Shown: positions 1-10,821, numbered from the stretch's first letter. The stretch is 64,000 nt of DNA from Alphaproteobacteria bacterium (GCA_964291395.2 OZ219856.1:608001-672000), one strand, 5' to 3'. The notes: a model not told the origin generated them from the sequence alone. Made by a program: numbers and translations.

Positions 1-867
1 GATCACGGAGCCCTCTCGCATGCTCTCGACCATACCCGCCGTGATCAGGCGGGGTGCCGGCTTGCCCGGTATCAGCGCCGTGGTGACGATGACATCCACT
101 TCCATGGCCTGGTGGGCGAAGAGGTCCATCTCCGCCCGGACGAACTCCTCGCTCATCACCTTGGCGTAGCCTCCCTCGCCGGTTCCGTCCTCGTCGAGGG
201 ACAGCTCGAGGAAGTCCGCCCCCAGGCTCTCGACCTGCTGGCGCACCTCGGGACGGGTGTCGAAGGCGCGCACGATGGCGCCCAGGCGCACCGCGCCACC
301 GGTCGCCGACAATCCGGCCACGCCCGCGCCGATTACCAGGACCTTGGCCGGCGGCACGCTCCCTGCCGCCGTCGTCTGCCCGCCGAAAAAGCGGCCGAAA
401 TGGTTCGTCGCCTCCACCACCGCCCGGTAGCCGGCGATGTTCGCCATCGAGCTCAGGGCATCGCACTTCTGTGCCCGCGAGATGCGCGGGATCGCATCCA
501 TCGCCAGCACCGTTGCGTTGCGCGCCCGAAGCCTCTCCATCAGGTCTTCGTTCTGCGCGGGCCAGATGAAGCTGATCAGGTGGCCGCCCTCGCGCATCAT
601 GTCCGCTTCGTGCAGTCCCAGCGCCGGATGCGGCTCCGGTCCCCGCACCTTCAGCACGAGCTCCGCACTGCCCCACAGCTCGTGACGCCGCTCCACGATC
701 CGCGCACCCGCCTCCTGGTAGGCTTCGTCCGTGAACGCCGCCTCCGTCCCGGCGCCGGCCTCGACCATGACCACGTGGCCAAGCTTCTGCAGGCGCTCGA
801 CGCTCGAAGGCGTGGCCGCCACGCGGCGTTCCTCGCGATGCACCTCCTTCGGTACCCCTATCAGCAT
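1..867 (-). CDS. pntA: NAD(P) transhydrogenase subunit alpha (5' part; runs off the window start)
   Basis: Not in the ORF track. Manual translation of the minus strand from ATG 867 gives MLIGVPKEVHREERRVAATPSSVERLQKLGH...VLVIGAGVAGLSA...FDTRPEVREQVESLGADFLEL, typical of PntA. Confidence 0.92.
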   Translation of the reverse strand, partial: MLIGVPKEVHREERRVAATPSSVERLQKLGHVVMVEAGAGTEAAFTDEAYQEAGARIVERRHELWGSAELVLKVRGPEPHPALGLHEADMMREGGHLISFIWPAQNEDLMERLRARNATVLAMDAIPRISRAQKCDALSSMANIAGYRAVVEATNHFGRFFGGQTTAAGSVPPAKVLVIGAGVAGLSATGGAVRLGAIVRAFDTRPEVRQQVESLGADFLELSLDEDGTGEGGYAKVMSEEFVRAEMDLFAHQAMEVDVIVTTALIPGKPAPRLITAGMVESMREGSVI

Positions 868-1163
868 GGCCGTTTAATGCCCCGTTTCCATGGTTCCTGC
901 AGGTATTCGGCGTGTTGAGCGGTTTCGAGCGTTCTCTAACAGAAGCGTCCGGTAGAGGCGAGCATGTCGTTGGCGGATTTGTGCCGAGGGAAGGGTTTCG
1001 GGCTCCGGTCGACGGTGCCGATGCACCTGAGCAGCGCCCGTTGCGGTTCGGCGGAGGACCGGTGAACGCTCTGCCCTGACCGCTTCCCGGTCAACCCGGC
1101 GAGGAAGCCTCCCCGATTGAGCCGGGATACCGATGCGTGGGGTGAGTTCACTTGCTGCGCCTT

Positions 1164-1178
1164 GATTGCATCGCAATC
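1164..1178. promoter_or_regulatory. Palindromic operator upstream of FitA-like antitoxin
   Basis: GATTGC-ATC-GCAATC inverted repeat about 45 bp upstream of the antitoxin ATG. TA operons typically autoregulate through such sites. Confidence 0.5.
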
Positions 1179-1221
1179 GATGTGTAGATTGGACTCCCGA
1201 GGGCGAACGGAGACCAGGACC

Positions 1222-1464
1222 ATGGCGAGCATCACGATCCGCAACCTCGACGACGACGTGAAGACACGCCTGCGGGTGCGCGCTGCGGAACATCACCGCT
1301 CCATGGAAGAGGAGGCGCGGCTGATCCTGCGCGACGCGGTTGGGCGCAAGCCGAGTTCCCGGAACCTTGTCGAGGCTATACGCGCCCGGATCGCGCCGCT
1401 TGGCGGCGTGGACTTGGAGTTGCCGCCGCGCGAGCCCGGGCGCGAGCCGCCGTCCTTCGACTGA
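1222..1464 (+). CDS. FitA-like ribbon-helix-helix antitoxin
   Basis: MASITIRNLDDDVKTRLRVRAAEHHRSMEEEARLIL is the FitA/StbC RHH signature; lies directly upstream of a PIN toxin. Confidence 0.88.
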   Translation: MASITIRNLDDDVKTRLRVRAAEHHRSMEEEARLILRDAVGRKPSSRNLVEAIRARIAPLGGVDLELPPREPGREPPSFD

Positions 1465-1473
1465 GCCTGCGTC

Positions 1474-1898
1474 ATGTCCGTGCTGCTGGACACGAACGTG
1501 GTGTCCGAACTGCTGCGCCCGTCGCCCAGCGCGGCGGTGGAGAACTGGGTCGTGGAACGCCCGGCAACCGACCTGTATTTCTCGGCGGTCGGCGAAGCGG
1601 AGCTGCGCTACGGCGTCGCGATTCTGCCTGCGGGCCGACGCCGAGATGCGCTTGCCGCGGCGATCGAGGCAATCTTGCGAGAGGATTTCAACGACCGGAT
1701 TCTGCCGTTCGACAGCGAGGCGGCCCGCGCTTATGCCGACATCGCCGCCGCGCGCCGTTCCTCCGGACGGCCCGTTCCACCGGCGGACTGCCAGATCGCG
1801 GCGATCGCCCGGTCCCGCGACATGGTGTTGGCGACGCGCAACGTCGGGACTTCGAAGATATCGACATCGAGGTCGTCGATCCCTGGGTGGCCGCATGA
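1474..1898 (+). CDS. vapC: VapC/FitB PIN-domain toxin (apparent 1-nt frameshift near 1847)
   Basis: LLDTNVVSEL...E...D.QIAAIA...LATRN PIN motifs. Adding one G at GTCGGGAC restores RNVGDFEDIDIEVVDPWVAA* (TGA 1896-1898). Confidence 0.85.
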
Positions 1899-1973
1899 GC
1901 GGCACGACCGAAGCCTTCGCTCACGTCAAGATCGTCTCCCCCGGATCTCCGTTCGATCCGGAAAGCGAGCGGC

Positions 1974-2402
1974 TTAGGCCGCCTTCGGCCCGCCTTCCGG
2001 CATCTCCGGGAACGCCGGCAGGGCCGGATCCATATGGTCCCAGGACGGTGCGCGGCTGGTGTAGACGATCATCTGCGGTGCGGCGACTTCGGGATCGTCG
2101 AGGCTGGAAGCCCTCGGGAACACCATTCCGGGCATCCCGGAGTTCCGCGAATAGACCGCGCATCCGCAGTTGGGGCAGAACCCGCGGCTGACCATGTTGC
2201 CGCTGTCGGCCGGACGGTCGTAGAACGTCACCGTGCCCGAGATCGAGAACGCGGTCGCGGGAATGATGACGTGGGTGCAGTGCCCGGTGCCGCTGGACTT
2301 GCGGCAATCCACGCAATGGCAATGGCCGACCAATTGCGGGGCGGCGGAGCTTTCGTAACGCACGGCGCCGCAGAGGCAGCCGCCTGAGAATCCCTCGGAC
2401 AT
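1974..2402 (-). CDS. GFA / CENP-V family Zn-binding protein
   Basis: GGCLCGAVRY...CHCVDCRKSSG...RGFCPNCG Cys pattern. Confidence 0.9.
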   Translation of the reverse strand: MSEGFSGGCLCGAVRYESSAAPQLVGHCHCVDCRKSSGTGHCTHVIIPATAFSISGTVTFYDRPADSGNMVSRGFCPNCGCAVYSRNSGMPGMVFPRASSLDDPEVAAPQMIVYTSRAPSWDHMDPALPAFPEMPEGGPKAA

Positions 2403-2631
2403 CGCGTCCTCCCTTGGGTTTGACTTGTTTCGGGCGATAGCCTAAGCCGGATTATTCATGGCGGGTCTGACTTGTTGTGGCGGACGTAGCGTAAGCCGTT
2501 GCCATCGGGTGGAAATTCGTTGTCGAAGCGTCTTTCTTCCCGAGCGACGAAAGCGCCACGCCCACCATGACCGACGATAGGCTTCTTCTCTTCCACCTGC
2601 CAGCCGGTCGGGAACGGTTCGATCCTGCGAA

Positions 2632-3675
2632 CTATCGCCGTTCGACGGGCCATTCATAGGGCTCGGAAAAGGTCTCGCGGAAGACGGCTTCGCAAAGGTA
2701 GCGCGCGACCCGCGTACTGTTCGTTCGGGAGTGGGCGATACGCCAGCCGGTTTCGCCGATCCGCCGCCGCTTGACGTCGTCGCGCCAGAGGTCGGCCATC
2801 GCCGCCGCGCATTCGGCGCGGGAGGCGAACTCGACGACGCCGTCGTCGTAGAGCGTGGACTGCCGGGCGGAGGCCGGAGTCAACGCCACGACACCCTGGC
2901 CCAGAAGTTGCGCCATGCGATCGGAGGAATAGAGAAACGGCACCGGCGCGCCGTCGTCGATCGGGATACTCGGCGACATGGCGCCGTTCGCCAGCGTTTC
3001 GAGAAACTCCAGAGACGAGAGCCTGCGCGTGTCGAAGGCCCCGCCCTCGACGTGAAATCGAAAGCCTTCCGGCAACTCCCCTTTTATTTGCGCCAGTTGT
3101 TCCTCGCGGTTTCCATCCCCGTTGCCGAGAAAAACGGCGTCCCACGGAAGGTCGGAGGCCGGGACATCGAACACGCGCGCGGTCTCGACGGACGGATCGA
3201 CGGGGTTCGGCAGAAAGGCGATCGACCCCTCGCGGGGCGCTAGGCGCCGCAGCGCCTCGGAATCGGCGGTGGTCATGAAGGAGATGTCCACATGGGCGGC
3301 GCGGGCCGAGAAGGCGGCCATGGTTGCCGGCCGTTCCACCGAATCGACGCAGACTTGCGTCAGGCGAGTGCCGGGCGACGCCTCGCGGAGCGCGTCATAG
3401 GTATCCGTGGCGATCAGGTCGGCGTGGTGGAACAGGATCAATTGCGGGCGAAAATGACGGGCGGTTTCGACAAGCCGCTCGTTCATTCGCTTCGCGCCGA
3501 TTTTCTGGGAGGCGATGAGGGTCGCACCGCGCGCCTCGTCGCGGTCGCTGAAGCGGAGGACGAAATGGCCGGCGCGGGCAAGCCCTTGAGCCAGCTTGTG
3601 CTCCGTATTGAACCAACGTCGCTGCAGCCGTTTGCGATCGAGATAGCCGACCTGGAGTATACGGAGGGGCCTCAT
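2632..3675 (-). CDS. Glycosyltransferase (CgeB-like / Glyco_trans_1_2)
   Basis: 347 aa with FLPNPVD, VFLG and YSSDRMAQLLGQG...IGETGWRIAH C-terminal motifs; polysaccharide cluster context. Confidence 0.7.
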   Translation of the reverse strand: MRPLRILQVGYLDRKRLQRRWFNTEHKLAQGLARAGHFVLRFSDRDEARGATLIASQKIGAKRMNERLVETARHFRPQLILFHHADLIATDTYDALREASPGTRLTQVCVDSVERPATMAAFSARAAHVDISFMTTADSEALRRLAPREGSIAFLPNPVDPSVETARVFDVPASDLPWDAVFLGNGDGNREEQLAQIKGELPEGFRFHVEGGAFDTRRLSSLEFLETLANGAMSPSIPIDDGAPVPFLYSSDRMAQLLGQGVVALTPASARQSTLYDDGVVEFASRAECAAAMADLWRDDVKRRRIGETGWRIAHSRTNSTRVARYLCEAVFRETFSEPYEWPVERR

Positions 3676-3826
3676 GCGACTGACTGCTCCGGCCGGCGGA
3701 TGCTCTTGGCGGCTACTTTACAAGTAACTATATGTTTCGGATTGAGTAGAGTCTTCCGACTTCAACTTCCGGAATGTTGTCCAGTCCGGTGCTGTTCGTC
3801 CTGGTCGTGGTGTCGGCGGCGTTTTT

Positions 3827-4550
3827 CTAACGGAATTTCCTAGTTGAAGGTCTTGTTGACGGCAGGAAAATCCAGTTGCTTAGTGGCGTGCGGCTGAGAT
3901 CAACTGAGTGCGCATCGGTAAGCACGCCGCCCGCGAGCGCATAGCAGGCATAGCCGAGCGCCTCGATCCGCACGATCGTTTCCTGTGGTGGTCGTCTGGT
4001 ATGAAGCTCTTCGATTCAGCATGATCGGGCGGCAGCGGGAGATGGTCTCGCGGGCACCTTCGATCACTTGGGTCTCGAAGCCCTCCACGTCGATCTTGAT
4101 GAAGCCGATATCGCCAAGATCGAGACTATCCAGCGAGTGCACCGCAACCTTGCGGTCCGTAAAGCCGTTCAGGACGGGCTTGGTGCGCGCCAGTGTGCCC
4201 TGATTATGTGCAGCCCTGCCGCCTCGACCGTTCGGAATCCTCAAGATCGCTTCGCCGTCGTGGTCGCCTAGCGCGACGGAATGAACGGTCAGTCGGGATG
4301 ACGTGAGGCGGGAGAGCCAAGGAATGTTTGCTGGATTAGGTTCGAAGGCATGGACCGATTGCGCTAGACGAAGCAGTTCCCAGGAATACACGCCCTTGTT
4401 GGCGCCGACATCCAGCGCGACACGATCCGGTGCCACTAGGATGGGAAGATAGTTGAACTCCGGCTCGCGCTGGCGATGCCTTCGCCGCTTGTTAGCCAAG
4501 TGCCAGCTCGTCGGCACCAGATGGAACTTGATTCGATCTCGAATTAGCAC
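3827..4550 (-). pseudogene. FkbM-family methyltransferase, frameshifted near 4015
   Basis: ALDVGANKGVYS, HAFEPNP, FIKIDVEGFETQVIEGA motifs. After RCRPIML the protein continues in another frame (IEELHTRR...IEALGY...NWIFLP) to TAG at 3827-3829. Confidence 0.75.
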
Positions 4551-4613
4551 GGTGCACTTCCCTTGTTGGGGCGACGCAAACTACCCATCTAGACACCCGC
4601 CTTCCAGCTAAAT

Positions 4614-4856
4614 TTATAATTCTTTCTTGTATTCCGGTGTTTTGTTTCTCCCGGAAAAGTCGTGGTTCCGTTCGGCTAACACGAAACACTCATCGGATTT
4701 TATGGCTTTAATGCGTGTCTTCGCATCACCCGAGAGATTCAAATCGATCACGTTCACATCGAAATCAGCCGGTTTTCTGCCAAGAGAGCGGAGCATCCCT
4801 TCGAATGAAGAGAGGTATTTGTCTTCGGATGCGGAAACAATGAAAACACCGCTCAT
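4614..4856 (-). pseudogene. Short fragment, possibly N-terminus of a polysaccharide-related protein
   Basis: 80 aa (IVSASEDKYLSSFEGMLRSL...VIDLNLS) resembling a GT-associated N-terminus, truncated; low-GC segment. Confidence 0.3.
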
Positions 4857-4964
4857 CGTGAGCTCCTTTGAACCAACATCAATACCTACGTAGCATCGAA
4901 GAAAGCCGAACCGTTCGTAACGTGAAACGGGATCAAGAAACCAGCCAAAGATTCATGGAGAAAT

Positions 4965-6095
4965 CTAAGAACGGAGATATGCGGCCAAATTATCGCAAAT
5001 ACGCGAAGATGCATTACCGTCGCCATAAGGGTTTTGCGCAGAGGCAATACGGGACCACGCCTTCGCGTCGGTCAGCAGATTTTCACATGCTTCAACGATC
5101 ATTGCGCGGTCAGTTCCGACCTTTACAAGGCAGCCCGCGTCGATCCCTTCAGTCCGTTCGGTTCGGTCACGCAGTACCAGGACCGGGCGGTCCAGAGAGG
5201 GCGCTTCTTCTTGAACACCTCCTGAGTCGGTCAGGATCAGGCGCGCGCCGGCCATCAAACCGACGAAGGTGCGATAAGGTTGAGGCGGAATGATTTTCAG
5301 GTTGTGATTTGCTGCGACGGCAACCTCTTCAATTGCCGTCAGAACATTGGGATTAGGGTGGGAAAGCAGTACCACGTCGATATCCGGGTGGCGGTTGGCG
5401 ATATCGACAAGCGCGAACATCATATCTCGGATAATTTCACCGAACGCTTCACGCCGGTGCAGAGTTACCAGCACATACTCTCGATCAGATTTTCGGCGAG
5501 GCCAAAGCGCAGTTATGGCGTTGAATCCTTCGGCGTCGTTGCGCGCGACGGTGTAAAGCAGCGCATCAATCACCGTGTTACCGGTTACGATGATATGGTC
5601 ATTGGCTAAATTTTCGGTACGCAGCACGTTCGCCGCCCGCTCAGTCGGGGCGAAATGGAGATTGGCGAGCCTGGAGATTATTTGGCGATTGCCTTCCTCT
5701 GGAAATGGGGCTGACAAGGCGCCCGTACGCAATCCGGCCTCGATGTGGCCAATAGCTGTCTGATGATAATAACCCAAGAGTGCCCCAATCAAACTACTGG
5801 TGGTATCACCCTGAACGATCACCGCTTCTGGCCGAACGCGTTCGAAGACAGGTGCGAGTCCGTCGAATAGCGCTGCGCTCAGCGCCCCAAGTGACTGGTT
5901 CGGCCGCATCGCTTCCAGGTGTATCTCGGGTTCGATGGAAAAAAAATCCAGGATCGGATCGACCATTTCCCTACCGTGCTGCCCCGTGAAACAGACCGTT
6001 GGCGTAAGATTCGGGTGAGCGCGTAATCGGGTAATAACGGGGGCGAGTTTGATCGCTTCCGGGCGCGTCCCGAAGATAACGAGAACTCGCTTCAC
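4965..6095 (-). CDS. wecB: UDP-N-acetylglucosamine 2-epimerase (non-hydrolysing)
   Basis: GTRPEAIKLAP, VQGDT, HIEAGLRT, PFPEEGNR, TLHRRE, LTDSGGVQEEAP, NPYGDG motifs. Confidence 0.95.
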   Translation of the reverse strand: MKRVLVIFGTRPEAIKLAPVITRLRAHPNLTPTVCFTGQHGREMVDPILDFFSIEPEIHLEAMRPNQSLGALSAALFDGLAPVFERVRPEAVIVQGDTTSSLIGALLGYYHQTAIGHIEAGLRTGALSAPFPEEGNRQIISRLANLHFAPTERAANVLRTENLANDHIIVTGNTVIDALLYTVARNDAEGFNAITALWPRRKSDREYVLVTLHRREAFGEIIRDMMFALVDIANRHPDIDVVLLSHPNPNVLTAIEEVAVAANHNLKIIPPQPYRTFVGLMAGARLILTDSGGVQEEAPSLDRPVLVLRDRTERTEGIDAGCLVKVGTDRAMIVEACENLLTDAKAWSRIASAQNPYGDGNASSRICDNLAAYLRS

Positions 6096-7207
6096 CGGGC
6101 TGCCACACCGCGCAGGATTTCAAGCGTGCTTTCGGCAATCGCCGGCCAGGAGAACTCGGTAACAGCTTTTTGGCGAGCTGCCGCCCCGAATGCCCGACGG
6201 CACCCCGGTGCCTCTATCAACTTGCGAAGCGCCTTTCCCAGCGCCTCCGGGGCCCGGGGAGGCACCAACAATCCCGTCGAGCCGTTCTCGATCAGATCGG
6301 GGATGCCGCCCACCGTGGTGCCCACCATGCTCAGCCCACACGCCATCGCCTCAAGACCGGCAATGCTTGTCGCCTCCATGTGAGACGGCAGCACCGCGAG
6401 ATCGGCGGCACTGTAAATGCCTGCCATCTCGGTATTGGGCACCAAACCCAAGAACCGTATTCGATCGGACAGGCCGAGACCATCGAAGGTCGCCTCCATT
6501 ACCGGCCGTTCTGGGCCTTCGCCCGCAATGACCACCCGGACGCTCGTTTCCGATAGCGCACCGCAGGCTTGGGCGAAGTCATGAACGCCGTTCTTGTCCA
6601 CCAGGCGGCGGGCAAGCAGAATTACAGGCTCATCGGCACCGATGTCCCAAGACATCCGTATCCGGGCACGTGCCTCGGCGTCATGTCTAAATTTATCGGT
6701 GTCGACCCCATTGGGAATGTAGTGGACAGGACCGGTATACCCGATCTCACTCGTGGCAGCGAGCAACTCTCGGCTCGGTGCGATTATCGTGGCCAAATGC
6801 TGGAGCAGCCGCACGGTCCGAGCTCTACGACGGGGCGAAGCCGCTGAACGCTTCAGGAAGCCTGAGGAATGATTGGTGAATATGACCGGTACATCCACGC
6901 AGTTACGGGTGGCCGCCAGAGGTTTCATACCGTGCACGTGAACAACGTCCGGCCGCGCCGTAGACAAATAGCGGCGCAGCCAAGCTGTAAGTCGAAAATC
7001 GTAGAACGGCTTGCCGGATAACCAAAACCGTTCCCGGAGGATCACGGCAGTGTGTGGCGGTTCAACCATACCGTCGCGATCTTCGTCATGCGCGAAAACC
7101 GTTACGTCGTTGTTCAAGAGAGCAAGATGACGCGACAGTTCGTAAACATGGTTCGCAATGCCGCCCACGTACGGCGGGAATTCACTCGTTAGAAAAAGAA
7201 TGCGCAT
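6092..7207 (-). CDS. Glycosyltransferase family 4
   Basis: EFPPYVGGIA N-terminus, IPNGVD, and E-x7-E motif (EATSIAGLEAMACG). Its stop overlaps the wecB start. Confidence 0.9.
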   Translation of the reverse strand: MRILFLTSEFPPYVGGIANHVYELSRHLALLNNDVTVFAHDEDRDGMVEPPHTAVILRERFWLSGKPFYDFRLTAWLRRYLSTARPDVVHVHGMKPLAATRNCVDVPVIFTNHSSGFLKRSAASPRRRARTVRLLQHLATIIAPSRELLAATSEIGYTGPVHYIPNGVDTDKFRHDAEARARIRMSWDIGADEPVILLARRLVDKNGVHDFAQACGALSETSVRVVIAGEGPERPVMEATFDGLGLSDRIRFLGLVPNTEMAGIYSAADLAVLPSHMEATSIAGLEAMACGLSMVGTTVGGIPDLIENGSTGLLVPPRAPEALGKALRKLIEAPGCRRAFGAAARQKAVTEFSWPAIAESTLEILRGVAAR

Positions 7208-7277
7208 GGATCGTCATTGAGGTGTGTGCTCATCGCATTGGCCAAAGCCACTCGTGCCATTCGTACCGTGTTCAGAG

Positions 7278-7580
7278 TCAACCGACCTTCGTCGAACGGA
7301 GGAGAGGCGGCGCCCTAGTCTCCAGCGTCGACTGGTCGAAGCGGCTGGAAGCATGATCGATATCGAAGCCGATCACCTCGCTGCCGGTGTCCGGATCGAC
7401 ATTGAGCCCATCCGACACCTCCCGGATCTCTTGACGCAAGCTGGAGGTATCGTCGGTAAGGCAAACGAAGCGAAACGGCAGAGATAGATGCCGGATGGTC
7501 ATCCCGCACAATCGGTTGACGTAGTGAGGACCGTACAGCGTTCCCCACTTCATGCAAATGACGTTCACCGGTGAAGGCAT
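7278..7580 (-). pseudogene. Chimeric remnant: glycosyltransferase N-terminus fused to a DUF2283-like C-terminus
   Basis: VNVICMKWGTLYGPHYVNRL...FVCLTDD (GT N-terminus) switches abruptly to REVSDGLNVDPDTGSEVIGFDIDHASSRFDQSTLET (DUF2283-like). Confidence 0.55.
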
Positions 7581-7637
7581 GCGCACGAATCTACAGGACC
7601 GGCGGCGCCCTTCGCGCCGGGTTCGTTCCAACGCTTG

Positions 7638-7673
7638 TCCGGCCGCATCGAGACCATAGGGATACGGCAGCGT
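7638..7673. repeat. 36-bp direct repeat, copy 1 (duplicate of the GT9 3' end)
   Basis: tccggccgcatcgagaccatagggatacggcagcgt matches 11006-11041 at 33/36 positions. Confidence 0.85.
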
Positions 7674-7876
7674 GCGTGCCCGTGAGCCAGAGGCGCCGCT
7701 GATCCCCGAAACGCTGCGGCGTGCAGTCGGCGACCGGCTCAACGGGCCTCAGCGTCGTGTCCCGCAACCGCTGCCTGATTGTCGTCGCCAGTTGTTGTCC
7801 GCAACTCCCCTCGGAAGTACAGTGATGTCCCGACGACACACACACGCTTGCATGGTCAAGCGAACAGGAGGACGGA

Positions 7877-8932
7877 ATGATGAGTACCATCAAGGCACTC
7901 TTGGTCCGGTTTTGCTGTGTGGTGTTTTCATCTCTATTCGTCGTGACGGCATCCACCGCCCAGGACGAGAGGCTGTTCACCCTGGGCACCGGAAATCCCG
8001 AGGGTACGGCACTGACGAACGTCACCGTTCAAGTTTTTCAGCCGTCGTTGCGCAAGCATTCAAATGGCAATTTGGACGTGAAGGTCTTCTTCAACGGATC
8101 ACAGTGCAGTGAACAGGCCTGCGGTGAGCACGTGCGTCTGGGTCAGCTCGATATCGGCCAGGTATCGTCCGGCAACATGGGGGCGTTTGGATCGACGTTC
8201 AACATGGTAGTGCTGCCCTACTTGTTCAAAGACAGGCCCTCGGCAAGCCGGGTTCTGAATGATTGGTTGGTAAAGGAAATGCGCAAGCGTGTGGAGGGTG
8301 AAATGGGTTTCTACCTCCTGGCGTTGACGCCTGCGGGCGGTTTCCGGCACCTCGACAATTCGGCGCGGGAGGTCCGTGTCCCCGCCGACCTCAGGGGCAT
8401 AAAGATCCGCGTCACCAAGAGCCCCACGGAATTCAGCCTGATCAAATCCTGGGGCGCTACAGCCGTGCCTTACGACTGGCCTCAGCTCTATCACGGGTTG
8501 CAGACCGGGGTGGTCGAAGGGATGTATATCCCCGATCCGTACTTCTACAACATGAAGTTCCACGAGGTTGTTGGCCACATCACCCACACGGGTGGCGCCA
8601 TCGTGGTCTACTCCCACATCATGGATGCCAAGAGGTTCCGGGCCCTGCCGGAGGCATCCCAGAAAGCCATCAACATGGCTGCGGACGATATGCAGCGCGA
8701 GAGCTTTGCCATCGATGCCGCGTGGATCAAGAAGAAAGAATCGGAGGTGCCGCCAGGTCGTGTCGCAGTGTACAAGCCGACGCCGGACGAGATGAAGCTC
8801 TGGTACAAAGGTGCGACGGACGCTTGGCTCGCGGTCAAGGGATCGTTCGACACTGCGCTCGCTCGCCGGATTCTTGAGGATCAAGGCCAGACCGGGTTGA
8901 TCGAAAATCTCGAGGAGGCCGGGGCTTTGTGA
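7877..8932 (+). CDS. TRAP transporter substrate-binding protein (DctP family)
   Basis: Signal peptide; LPYLF, GFRHL, PADLRGIKIRV, LQTGVVEG motifs. No DctQ/DctM adjacent. Confidence 0.9.
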   Translation: MMSTIKALLVRFCCVVFSSLFVVTASTAQDERLFTLGTGNPEGTALTNVTVQVFQPSLRKHSNGNLDVKVFFNGSQCSEQACGEHVRLGQLDIGQVSSGNMGAFGSTFNMVVLPYLFKDRPSASRVLNDWLVKEMRKRVEGEMGFYLLALTPAGGFRHLDNSAREVRVPADLRGIKIRVTKSPTEFSLIKSWGATAVPYDWPQLYHGLQTGVVEGMYIPDPYFYNMKFHEVVGHITHTGGAIVVYSHIMDAKRFRALPEASQKAINMAADDMQRESFAIDAAWIKKKESEVPPGRVAVYKPTPDEMKLWYKGATDAWLAVKGSFDTALARRILEDQGQTGLIENLEEAGAL

Positions 8933-9225
8933 CGTCCTCCAAATGGGATCGCTGAAGCTGGCCGAGCGGGACAGGAAGCCGGCAAGCGCAATAGGCAGTT
9001 GCCGACTTCCTGTCCATGCTTGGTTTCGAAGGCGATACCTTCGATCTCATGATGGTTCAGGCTCAAGTCCAGTGACCTGAACCCCTTGGCTTCCGCATTC
9101 ATGAGGAGGTCCTGGTTCTGCATAGCGCATTGTCGATGGATACGCACGCGCGCGGCACCTGGCCCAACCAGGGGCCCGCCCCACTCCAACCGATAGGCTT
9201 TGCCACGAACTATGGGTTCAGATGA

Positions 9226-10821
9226 CTAGTCCGTGTCCTGAAGAATCAAGTCCGCCGCTTTCTCGCCAATCATGATCGAGGGCACATTGGTGTTGCTGGA
9301 GGTGTGGAAAGGCATCACGGAGGCGTCCGCCACACGCAGGCAGGCAATACCGTGAACACGAAGTTGCGGATCGACTACGGCATCCCGATCGGTGCCCATG
9401 CGGCAAGTGCCGATCGGATGATGCGAAGACTGTCCTGTCTCGAAAATGTAGTCCTTGAGCTCGTCGTCCGTCGCAACCTTCGGTCCGGGTCTGGTCTCAC
9501 GCACGATTACCGACCGGAAGGCTGACTGGCGGCTGATCCGGCGTGCCAGCTTTACCGCCTGAATGGTCTTGGTCAGGTCGGTCTCATCTGCCAGATAGTT
9601 GGCGCGCAGCGCCGGCGCCGTGTTCGGGTCCGGCGAAGTGAGGTGTACGTATCCGCGCGAGGCGGGATAAAGAAAATAGGCGCCGAGCTGAAACCCGGAA
9701 AATGGGTCAAGATCCTTTCCCAGGTTGCGGACCGGCCCGCTGAACAACTGGCACTGGATGCGGATGTCGGGATAGGGTGCCGTGGCATTGCCGCGGGCGT
9801 ACGCCATGACCTTGAAACTATTGGTGATGAATAGACCGCGCCGGAAGAGCAGCCAGCGCACCATCTCACGTCCACCACGCCAGCGGCTCCGCAGCATGTC
9901 GTTCACCGTGACAGCCCGATCGGTTTCGAACGTGACGCGAGGATGCAGATGATCGCGCAGATTCTCGCCGACACCGGGTAGGTGCTTGACCACCGGGATA
10001 CCGAACTTGCCGAGAATCTCGCCGTTGCCGATTCCCGATAGCTCAAGCAGGTGAGGCGAATGATAGGTTCCGGCTGAAACGATCACCTCCCGCCGCGCCA
10101 CGGTGGTATGCTGCCGACCGTCCACCCTGAAGGCGATTCCCGTCGCCCGGTTGCCGTCAACAGTCACCCGGTCCACCGGCAGATCTAAGCGAACGGTAAG
10201 GTTGGCGCGTCCCTTCGCCGGACGGATGTACCCATCGACGACGCTGGAGCGCATGCCGCGGCGCGTATTCATCTGAATGCGGCAGACACCTTCGCTGAGC
10301 TGACCGTTGTAATCCGCGATTGCCGGCATGCCCATTTCCCTGCACGCCGCCACGAAGGCTTCGGAGATCGGGTCGTCGATATTGATCTCCGTGACGGGGG
10401 TGGGTCCGCCCCGTCCCCGCACGGCCGGATCACCGAACGGGCAGTCCTCCAACCGCTTGAAATACGGCAGGACATCGTAATAGCCCCAGCCCGGGCAACC
10501 GGCATCCCGCCATTCGTCATGGCGCCGTGGCTCGCCGCGGACATAGAGCATGCCGTTGACGGAGCTGGAACCGCCGAGCACGCGCCCATGCGGCCATTCG
10601 ATCGAACGGCCCCCGAGCTCGGGTTCTGACCAGTAGCGCCAGATCGCCCGGTCGATCATCAGCTTGCCGATGCCGAGGGGGACCTTGAACCAGTAACTGT
10701 CGGGCTTCCCGCCCGCTTCGACGAGCAGAACGCGAATGTCGGGTCGCTCGCTCAGGCGGTTGGCGACAGCGCATCCGGCCGAGCCCGCGCCCACCACGAT
10801 ATAGTCGTAGGTCTCATCCAT
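9226..10821 (-). CDS. GMC oxidoreductase (choline dehydrogenase-like)
   Basis: YDYIVVGAGSAG, GRVLGGSSSVNGMLY, GVGENLRDH, HPIGTCRMG, RVADASVMP...NTN motifs. Confidence 0.92.
   Translation of the reverse strand: MDETYDYIVVGAGSAGCAVANRLSERPDIRVLLVEAGGKPDSYWFKVPLGIGKLMIDRAIWRYWSEPELGGRSIEWPHGRVLGGSSSVNGMLYVRGEPRRHDEWRDAGCPGWGYYDVLPYFKRLEDCPFGDPAVRGRGGPTPVTEINIDDPISEAFVAACREMGMPAIADYNGQLSEGVCRIQMNTRRGMRSSVVDGYIRPAKGRANLTVRLDLPVDRVTVDGNRATGIAFRVDGRQHTTVARREVIVSAGTYHSPHLLELSGIGNGEILGKFGIPVVKHLPGVGENLRDHLHPRVTFETDRAVTVNDMLRSRWRGGREMVRWLLFRRGLFITNSFKVMAYARGNATAPYPDIRIQCQLFSGPVRNLGKDLDPFSGFQLGAYFLYPASRGYVHLTSPDPNTAPALRANYLADETDLTKTIQAVKLARRISRQSAFRSVIVRETRPGPKVATDDELKDYIFETGQSSHHPIGTCRMGTDRDAVVDPQLRVHGIACLRVADASVMPFHTSSNTNVPSIMIGEKAADLILQDTD

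Noticed and set aside
112-918. 268-aa plus-strand ORF
   Set aside because: Antisense to pntA, which the ORF track missed because it runs off the window.
8933-9225. Possible gene remnant between dctP and the GMC gene
   Set aside because: No recognisable motif in the frames inspected.
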